The notes under the pieces: generated by a model | What the model was told of the DNA's origin: nothing | Database searches by the model: none | The model's input: the letters and a program-made list of their open reading frames with translations, nothing else | Origin: Octopus sinensis | Taxonomy: Eukaryota | Assembly: GCF_006345805.1 (NCBI RefSeq) | Contig: NW_021829955.1 | Coordinates: 1 to 5,533, forward strand | Reading direction: 5' to 3' | DNA length: 5,533 bases | Translations under genes and position numbers: made by a program | In this document: positions 1 to 5,533 of the stretch, piece by piece | How the letters are laid out: each line of letters starts with the position of its first letter | Numbering within the stretch: position 1 is the first letter of the stretch

Positions 1-123
1 AGTGGATACAGATGTCTTAAAATGGAGCTGGATCTCTTCCTGTCAGGTGTCCCAGATGAACCAACTTCACGGCAGGAGGGCAGATGAGGGGCAGCTGCAT
101 CGAACTCTCTCATGCACCAATAG
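1..123 (+). pseudogene. Disrupted LINE ORF2 (reverse transcriptase protein) C-terminal remnant
   Basis: Frame 2 starts VDTDV (gtg gat aca gat gtc) and the motif continues in frame 1 as KMELDLFLSGVPDEP, implying a 1-nt deletion near 17-19. There is an in-frame TGA at 85-87 and a final TAG at 121-123. The sequence runs off the left edge of the window. Confidence 0.65.
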
Positions 124-236
124 CAGTTTGCTAGAAAGCCTCCATGAAGTGAAACCAAGTAGCAAACACCAAATGGCGGTGCCCCAGCATGGCCACAGCT
201 CATAAGCTGAAACTGGAATCAATCAATCAATCAATC
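1..236 (+). mobile_element. 3' end of a decayed CR1/L2-group non-LTR retrotransposon: ORF2 C-terminus, 3' UTR, terminal stem-loop and (AATC)5 tail
   Basis: Frame 1 reads ...KMELDLFLSGVPDEPTSRQEGR*GAAASNSLMHQ*. This matches the LDxFLxxVPDEP...AASNSL C-terminal motif I recall from invertebrate CR1/L2-like ORF2. A hairpin CAGCT-CATA-AGCTG (196-209) and five AATC units (217-236) follow, as expected for a LINE tail. Family assignment is from recall. Confidence 0.75.
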
Positions 237-251
237 ATATATATATATATA
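217..251 (+). repeat. (AATC)5 followed by (AT)n microsatellite
   Basis: Read directly from the sequence. Confidence 0.95.
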
Positions 252-279
252 TTCTATTGCATTATCACCGTCTCGTGGT

Positions 280-689
280 GATAAATGAAGGTAAAGAATG
301 AGGTGGAGAAAATGAAGGAGGAGAAGGAGAAGGAAAATGAGGAAGAGAAGGAAAAGGTGGAGGAGAAGGAGAAGGAGGAGGAGGGGGAGGAGAAGGAGGA
401 TGAGGAGGAGAAGGGGAGAAGGGGTGAAAAAGAATGATAACCATCATCACCATCATCATCATGGTCTCGTGGTCGCCATCATCATGATCATCAATCTTCT
501 TTCCCTCCCCTTCTTTTCCTCCTCCTCTTTCCCCTCCTCCTTTTCCTCCTTTTTCATCTTCTCCATCTCCTCTTCTATCCCCTTCTTCTCCATCTCCACT
601 ACCTCCTTCTTCTTCTCTTCCTCGCACCATCATTTCCTTACCTTCCTTCTCTTTCTCCTCTCCTTTTTCCCACCCATTTTATTCTTATC
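280..689. repeat. Imperfect inverted repeat of low-complexity DNA: GGA/GAA-rich arm (~280-435), (CAT)n-rich spacer, TCC/TTC-rich arm (~495-689)
   Basis: The reverse complement of the purine arm resembles the pyrimidine arm, including its outer end (ttctccacctcattctttaccttcatttatc vs tttttcccacccattttattcttatc). Confidence 0.7.
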
Positions 690-839
690 GCTTCCAATCT
701 GCAGAATACATTTTGGTATTGCCTTTTCTCCCAGACAAGCTTGTTCTTTCCTCTTCACTTTTCTCTCCGGGAGACCGACTTCCATTTTTATGAACCACTA
801 AAAATCAAATCCATGACCTGAAGCTGACACACCTAAATA

Positions 840-1057
840 TACGTGTGGTTGCTGAAAAGTTCCTGGCTTGGGTAAAAGAAAATACAGGAGGATCCGTTAA
901 TTATGATTTTATTCAACATATTTTTCTCTGATTTACATAATTATTCCGGCGGTCGTTCAGTTTTTCTAAACCCTATAAAAGAATTCAGAAGTTTGGGCCT
1001 TCAACCAGGCCTTTCGTGACACCCTTATAGTCAGGAACTTTTCAGCACTTCCTCGTA
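840..1057. mobile_element. Non-autonomous Tc1/mariner-type MITE, 218 bp
   Basis: The 29-bp terminal inverted repeats (840-868 and 1029-1057) match at 23/29, with a perfect 16-bp core TGCTGAAAAGTTCCTG. The termini are TACG...CGTA, and TA flanks both sides (838-839, 1058-1059). No internal ORF. Confidence 0.88.
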
Positions 1058-1068
1058 TACAGGCAGAG

Positions 1069-1102
1069 ACGACAGGCTACTTTCCGTTTCCGTCTACCAA
1101 AT
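1069..1102 (-). mobile_element. Short fragment of a second octopus SINE-like repeat
   Basis: The minus strand reads atttggtagacggaaacggaaagtagcctgtcgt, close to a common octopus repeat I recall (atttggtagacggaaactgaaagaagcccgtcgt). Based on recall only. Confidence 0.45.
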
Positions 1103-1296
1103 ATCTAACTCTACGCTCATCAGAGTTAGCTGATATGGAAGAAAATAACTCCCAGAACTGCCAGCTCGGTAATCTAACATTCGGTTTCACACTGGATGTT
1201 AAACCGAATGTTAGATTACCGAGCTGGCAGTTCTGGGAGTTATTTTCTTCCATATCAGCTAACTCTGATGAGCGTAGAGTTAGATATTTGGTAGAC
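1092..1296. repeat. Perfect long palindrome: 96-bp arms (1092-1187 and 1201-1296) with a 13-nt spacer
   Basis: The arms are exact reverse complements base by base. The spacer CACACTGGATGTT adds a C-T mismatch, 3 more pairs (ACA/TGT) and a 5-nt loop. Confidence 0.97.
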
Positions 1297-1359
1297 TGGT
1301 AGGATCGGACGAAATGGATATATATTAATGTGTGTGTTTGGTTTTGGCTGTTTATATAA

Positions 1360-1398
1360 CGTCTGTCGTTACATTCTGAGTTCAATTTCCGCCGAGGT
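1360..1398 (+). mobile_element. Truncated SINE fragment (B-box region)
   Basis: cgtctgtcgttacattctgagttcaatttccgccgaggt matches the B-box segment of the full SINE copies. A head-like piece, cggacgaaatg, lies at 1306-1316. Confidence 0.75.
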
Positions 1399-1401
1399 AA
1401 A

Positions 1402-2011
1402 GGCGGTGAGCTGGCAGAATCGTTAGCACGCCGGGCAAAATGCTCAGCGATATTTCGTCTGTCTTTACGTTCTGAGTTCAAATTCCGCCGAGGTCGACCT
1501 TGCCTTTCATCCTTTCGGGGTCGATAAATTAAGTACCAGTTACGCACTGGGGTCGATATAATCGACTTAATCCGTCTGTCTGTCCTTGTTTGTCCCCTCT
1601 GTGTTTAGCCCCTTGTGGGTAATAAAGAAATAGAAATAGGTATTTCGTCTGTCTTTACGTTCTGAGTTCAAATTGCGACGATGTCCATTTTGCCTTTCAT
1701 CCTTTCGAGGTCGATAAATTAAGTACCAGTTACGCACCGGGGTCGATATAATCGACTTAATCCGTCTGTCTGTCCTTGTTTGTCTCCTCTGTGTTTAGCT
1801 CCTTGTGGGTAGTAATGAAATAGGTATTTCGTCTGCTGTTACGTTCTGAGTTCAAATTCCGCCGAGGTCTACTTTGCCTTTCATTCTTTCGGGGTGGATT
1901 AAACAAGTACCAGCTAATCACTGGGGGGGTCGATGTAATCGACTTAATCCTTTTTTTTTTCTTTGTTTGTCCCCTCTATGTTTAGCCCCCCCCCCTATGG
2001 GCAACAAATAA
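1402..2011 (+). mobile_element. tRNA-derived SINE, trimeric: one A-box head plus three tandem body units starting at 1451, 1641 and 1825
   Basis: A-box-like TGGCAGAATCG is at 1412-1422 and B-box-like GAGTTCAAATTCC at 1474-1486. The central domain TGCCTTTCATCCTTTCGGGGTCGATAAATTAAGTACCAG resembles the Meta/MESC-type SINE core (recall). Unit spacings are 190 and 184 bp, and the element ends in AT-rich simple repeats. Confidence 0.88.
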
Positions 2012-2056
2012 ATATATATATATATATATATATTTATTTATTTATTTATTTATTTA
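2012..2056 (+). repeat. (TA)n then (TTTA)n microsatellite at the SINE 3' end
   Basis: Read directly from the sequence. Confidence 0.9.
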
Positions 2057-2128
2057 CATACACACGCGCACATACGTATAAAAGCGTGTATGCGCATAGA
2101 TATACACAACATATATTCGCAAGGGTGT

Positions 2129-2204
2129 GGACAGCGACCTTTTGTAGTGCGACTGTAATGGCGCCGGCATTATTAGGAAGGTCTTCCTTGTATTACACAA
2201 TGCT
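2129..2204 (+). repeat. 76-bp unclassified dispersed repeat, copy 1
   Basis: Aligns without gaps to 3990-4065 at 67/76 identity. Confidence 0.85.
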
Positions 2205-2376
2205 GAATGCACTGGTCACATGACGCGATGAACTTCCCTATAAGCTCGTATATAGGTCGACCCACTGAGTGCAATTAGAATCGATGAAATTATTAAACAT
2301 CTCTTACGTGGGGTCACCAAGTGTGTGAAGGGCACCGAAAAACACTATATTTTTTAAAAATTATTATTATTATTTA

Positions 2377-2775
2377 GTCGGCGAGCTACCAGAAACGTTA
2401 GCACCCCGGACGAAATGCTTAGCGGTATTTCGTCTGTCTTTACGTTCTGGGTTCAAATTCCGCCGAGGTCGACTTTGCCTTTCATCCTTTCGGGGTCGAT
2501 TAAATAAGTACCAGTTACGCACTGGGGTCGATATAATCGACTTAATCCGTTTGTCTGTCCTTGTTTGTCCTCTCTGTGTTTAGCCCCTTGTGGGTAGTAA
2601 AGTAATAGGTATTTCGTCTGCCGCTACGTTCTGAGTTCAATTTTCGCCGAGGCCTACTTTGCCTTTCATCCTTTTGGGGTCGATAAATTAAGTACCAGTT
2701 TCGTACCGGCGTCGATCTGATCGACTGACTCCATTCCCCAAATAATTTCGGGCCTTGTGCCTAGAGTAGAAAAGA
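2377..2775 (+). mobile_element. tRNA-derived SINE, dimeric (units start at 2426 and 2610), with different 3' tails on the two units
   Basis: The head is gtcggcgagctaccagaaacgttagc (decayed A box) and the B box GGGTTCAAATTCC is at 2449-2461. The period is 184 bp. Unit 2 ends in ...ggccttgtgcctagagtagaaaaga followed by (AT)n. Confidence 0.88.
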
Positions 2776-2811
2776 ATATATATATATATTTTTAATACCT
2801 TTTTATATTAT

Positions 2812-2893
2812 TTTTACCTGTTTCATTCATAAGAATGCGGCCATGTTGGGGCGCCTCCTTGAAAGGCTAAGTCAAATAAATCGACCCCAATAC
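2812..2893 (-). mobile_element. 3' fragment of a SINE carrying a LINE-like tail
   Basis: The minus strand reads gtattggggtcgatttatttgact, which resembles the ctggggtcgatataatcgact motif of the other SINEs. It continues ggaggcgccccaacatggccgcattcttatgaatgaaacagg, homologous to the LINE 3' end at 175-216. Confidence 0.75.
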
Positions 2894-2954
2894 AAATAGG
2901 GAGTGAAGAGCCTAAGTAAGCAAGTTTTATTGTCTGGATATTAGGTTGAACATA

Positions 2955-3349
2955 TCTTTATATATAAAAGAGAGGTTGTGCGTCTGTCTCCTACGATTTA
3001 GATTCCTAACTACTCCCACATTTTGCGGTGCAGTTTAACCAAAAGCGGGTATCTTATAGTCGGGATTCATATCGAGCCCTTCTGGGTATTAGCGTCCGTC
3101 TACGATGAGTCTACGATTTAAAAAAAATTTACTATCATTTTTTTCCATTTTAATGCGTTTTTTCGCTATTATATAAGGGAAGTAACTCTCTAAAAATGTC
3201 TACGATAAGTCAACGATTTAAAAAAAAAATTACCATAATTTTTTCCATTTTTAATGCATTTTTTTGCTATTTTTTGGCTATAACTCTCTAAAAATGCTTA
3301 TATAGTTATTTCCCTTACAAACCCGAGCAACGCCGGGCGATACTGCTAG
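2955..3349 (+). mobile_element. Non-autonomous Helitron (rolling-circle transposon), 395 bp
   Basis: The 5' end is TC (TCTTTATATATAAAAG) after host A2954, and the 3' end is CTAG (3346-3349) before host T3350. A GC-rich subterminal hairpin CCCG-A-GC-AAC-GC-CGGG lies at 3322-3337, 8 nt before CTAG. No target-site duplication. Confidence 0.85.
3098..3295 (+). repeat. Internal tandem duplication in the Helitron: 3098-3197 (100 bp) and 3198-3295 (98 bp)
   Basis: Both units begin gtctacgat.agtc.acgatttaaaaaaaa and end taactctctaaaaat. Confidence 0.9.
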
Positions 3350-3380
3350 TGATCAATAAGATTATTATATTTAAAGGTGA

Positions 3381-3560
3381 GGCGGAAAGCTGGCAGAATC
3401 GTTAGCACGTTGGGAAAATATTTTGCGGCACTTCGTCTGTCCTTACGTCCTGAGTTCAAATTCTGCCGAAGTCGACTTTGCCTTTCGGGGTCGCTGTAAT
3501 CGGTTAGCACCCTCCTCCAAAGTTCAGGCCTTGTGCCTATGGCAGGAAGGATTATTATAT
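3381..3560 (+). mobile_element. SINE monomer with internal deletions
   Basis: It has a head with TGGCAGAATCG, a B box GAGTTCAAATTC, a collapsed core at 3481-3493 and the tail ggccttgtgcctatggcaggaaggattatt. Confidence 0.82.
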
Positions 3561-3570
3561 TCAAAAGTAA

Positions 3571-3797
3571 GGCGGCGTGCTGGCAGAATCGTTAGCACGC
3601 CGGACGAAATGCTAAGCGACATTTCGTCCGTCTTTACGTTTTGAGTTCAAATTCAGCCGAGATCGACTTTGTCTTTCATCTTTTCAGGGTCTATAAAATT
3701 AGTAACTGTTGAACACTGCCTGGAGTCGGTGTAATCGACTCGTCTCCTCCACCGAACTTGTTGGCCCTGTGCCAAGATTTGAAACCAATATAATTAT
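3571..3797 (+). mobile_element. SINE monomer (diverged, near full length)
   Basis: It has A and B boxes and an 11-bp perfect hairpin CGGACGAAATG/CATTTCGTCCG (3601-3630) between them. A diverged core is followed by the tail ggccctgtgccaagatttgaaacc. Confidence 0.85.
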
Positions 3798-3809
3798 GTT
3801 TAAAGGCCA

Positions 3810-3982
3810 AGCGGTGAGTTGGCAGAATCGTTAGCACGCCGGACGAAATGCTACAAAGCGTTTCGTCCGCCTTTACATCCTGAGTTCAAATTCCGTTGTG
3901 GTCGATTTTTGTATTTCATTTCTTCGGGTTTTTATTTATTTATTTTTTTTTTTTGGTATAAGTACCATTTGAATATTGGGGT
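3810..3982 (+). mobile_element. SINE monomer, 3'-truncated
   Basis: It has A and B boxes and a core interrupted by a T-rich tract, and it ends at agtaccatttgaatattggggt. Confidence 0.8.
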
Positions 3983-3989
3983 AAATAAA

Positions 3990-4065
3990 GGACAGTACCC
4001 TTTTGTAGTGCGACTGTTATGGCGCCGACATTACTAGAAAGGGCTTCCTTGTACTACACAATGCT
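3990..4065 (+). repeat. 76-bp unclassified dispersed repeat, copy 2
   Basis: 67/76 identical to 2129-2204. Confidence 0.85.
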
Positions 4066-4439
4066 TTATTATATTCCCTTTATTATATTTAAAAGTGTAA
4101 TTTTGATTGTTGTTAGTCGTTTATGTCACACACCACATTCCGTGATAGAAAGAAATTATGTCTAACGGGTAACACGAGAAGGAATAAATATTAAAGATTG
4201 TATATAGTCTGGTACGGGGTTGGGAAAGGGTACACTAAAAGGGCGACCTGATCGGTTTACTACACTGAGTTGACACCAAGCTCGTGACGTCGATGGATTA
4301 TATAACCGCGTCGAGAGGGAAAACAGAGAACAGAAACAATTTTAGATTCTAGGTTTCCTTTAATATTTTCCTACGTGTGTTCGTGACGATACCCACTTTT
4401 CACCCTTTACAAGTATTTGAAACTCATCCGCCACCTCCG

Positions 4440-4560
4440 CTCTCTCTCTCTCACTCTCCTCTCTCTCTTTCTCTTTGTTTCTTTCTTTTTTATGTATATA
4501 TTTTATGAATATATTTTTGAAGATATATATGCATACGTATATGTACACACACACACACAC

Positions 4561-4648
<88 letters not shown>

Positions 4649-4716
4649 GTATGTATATATATGTATATATATGTAATAATATATATATGTATATAGTATA
4701 TATTACATATTATATA
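4440..4716. repeat. Compound microsatellite: (CT)n, AT-rich linker, (AC)n at 4545-4600, then (AT)n/(ATGT)n
   Basis: Read directly from the sequence. Confidence 0.95.
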
Positions 4717-4814
4717 CCGGAGTAAACACATAAATGCGAAAAAAGGTGGAAAGAAGAGTACTCAAATACCAGTGGTAGAGTAATATGCTTTATTTTAAGC
4801 AGCAGAAAATTCAA

Positions 4815-4864
4815 CAAAATCTGTTACTCTGAGTTTCTCGTTGCCGTTCATCAGACAGTTTTTG
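4815..4864 (-). ncRNA. Minimal type I hammerhead ribozyme motif
   Basis: The minus strand reads CAAAAA-CUGU-CUGAUGA-ACG-GCAA-CGA-GAAA-CUC-A-GAG-UA/ACAG-AUUUUG. The full core (CUGAUGA, GAAA, GUA triplet) is present. Helix I is CUGU/ACAG, then an A-A mismatch and 5 more pairs. Helix II is 2 bp plus an A-A closing mismatch, and helix III is quasi-palindromic. Predicted cleavage is between 4825 and 4824. Confidence 0.8.
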
Positions 4865-4865
4865 C

Positions 4866-5261
4866 TAGATGGAACTGATATATCAATTCAATCTAGACTC
4901 TTACAAACGCTACACCTTTAAAAGAAATGGACTTGTTTGATTGGCCCTTTAGAAAAAAACGGTCAATCTTCGAGCGATAAACAAAAAGGTCAAAAATATA
5001 TGTATATATATATAAAAAAGCTTATAAAAATTATAAAATCCGAGGAAAAACCTTACATTGAATAAAATGTAAGGTTTTTCCTCGGATTTTATAATTTTTA
5101 TAAACTTTTTTATATATATATACATATATTTTTGACCTTTTGTTTATCGCTCGAAGATTGACCGTTTTTTTTCTAAAGGGCCAATCAAACAAGTCCATTT
5201 CTTTTTAAAGGTGTAGCGTTTGTAAGAGTCTAGATTGAATTGATATATCAGTTCCATTCTA
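4866..5261. repeat. Near-perfect long palindrome: arms 4869-5059 (191 bp) and 5066-5257 (192 bp), loop GAATAA
   Basis: The arms differ by one substitution (gcttata vs gtttata) and three 1-nt homopolymer length differences. Pairing extends through a 1-nt bulge to 4866/5261. Confidence 0.97.
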
Positions 5262-5460
5262 CATATATATATTATGTATATGCATATATATATATTATAT
5301 ATATATATATATATACATATATATATAGGTGTGTATATATATATATAATAATATATATATATATATATATACATCTATTATATATGTATTATATATATAT
5401 ATTATATATATATTATATATATATATATACTATATATATATCCTATACATCTATATATAT

Positions 5461-5491
<31 letters not shown>

Positions 5492-5496
5492 ATATA
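5262..5496. repeat. Degenerate (TA)n microsatellite tract
   Basis: Read directly from the sequence. Confidence 0.95.
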
Positions 5497-5533
5497 ATGC
5501 ATTCATACACAACGCGCGCGCTCATCACCCTCT

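Larger units (their letters stand above)
4717..5261 (-). mobile_element. Probable Penelope-like retroelement remnant (pseudo-LTR with hammerhead) carrying a 5' fold-back inversion, inserted in (TA)n
   Basis: The minus-strand order is inverted arm, 6-nt loop, arm, minimal hammerhead (4858-4821), AATAAA (4794-4789), 3' end. TA microsatellite lies on both sides. No RT or GIY-YIG coding remnant is visible, so the class is inferred from the ribozyme and the architecture. Confidence 0.65.

Noticed and set aside
2-205. 67-aa ORF from the track
   Set aside because: It is mostly out of frame relative to the recognisable LINE ORF2 motif, which lies in frame 1.
685-797. Possible minus-strand terminal exon (ttttag/..VHKNGSRSPGEKSEEERTSLSGRKGNTKMYSADWKR*)
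   Set aside because: The polypyrimidine tract is weak, I recognise no homology and there is no partner exon in the window. It cannot be supported without RNA data.
337-801. 154-aa ORF with an Arg-rich, protamine-like N-terminus, poly-His and a hydrophobic tail
   Set aside because: It is the translation of (GGA/GAA)n, (CAT)n and (TCC/TTC)n tracts. It lacks the Ser/Tyr interspersion of cephalopod protamines, and the opposite strand gives an equally low-complexity ORF (265-633).
1265-1314. Complete hammerhead built from CUGAUGA (1265-1271) and GGACGAAA (1307-1314)
   Set aside because: Helix II cannot form (GCGU versus GGAC), and cggacgaaatg is explained as a SINE head fragment.
1402-1490. tRNA gene
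   Set aside because: A and B boxes are present, but the spacing is expanded, there is no clean cloverleaf, and the sequence continues into SINE body. It is a tRNA-derived SINE head.
1077-1547. 156-aa minus-strand ORF
   Set aside because: It runs across a SINE and the palindrome and has no recognisable domain.
1451-2011. CRISPR-like or satellite array
   Set aside because: The units are ~185-190-bp SINE bodies without unique spacers, in a eukaryotic context with no cas genes.
3346-4037. 72-73-aa ORFs at 3346-3564, 3423-3644 and 3819-4037
   Set aside because: They lie almost entirely within SINE copies and have no protein-like features.
4360-4731. ORFs rich in IY/TH/CV dipeptides (4360-4731, 4417-4725, 4475-4696); similar ORFs at 1963-2223, 5144-5374 and 5240-5497
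   Set aside because: They are translations of (TA)n and (CA)n microsatellites and adjacent repeat sequence.

Overview
Non-coding, repeat-saturated eukaryotic DNA with no credible host gene. The dominant tRNA-derived SINE looks like octopus SINEs I recall, so the source is probably an Octopus genome (recall, not a database result). In order, the window holds: the decayed 3' end of a CR1/L2-group LINE (1-236); a GA/TC imperfect fold-back (280-689); a mariner-type MITE (840-1057); a perfect 96-bp-arm palindrome (1092-1296); monomeric and multimeric SINE copies (1402-3982); a non-autonomous Helitron (2955-3349); microsatellites; and a 545-bp element inside (TA)n (4717-5261). On the minus strand that last element is a ~191-bp-arm palindrome followed by a minimal type I hammerhead ribozyme and AATAAA, which fits a fold-back Penelope-like retroelement. 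The best leads are the hammerhead plus fold-back architecture, possibly echoed in the first palindrome, and a LINE/SINE 3' stem-loop with three compensatory base-pair changes. These resemble known element classes, and novelty cannot be judged without searches. All supplied ORFs appear to be repeat-derived artefacts.
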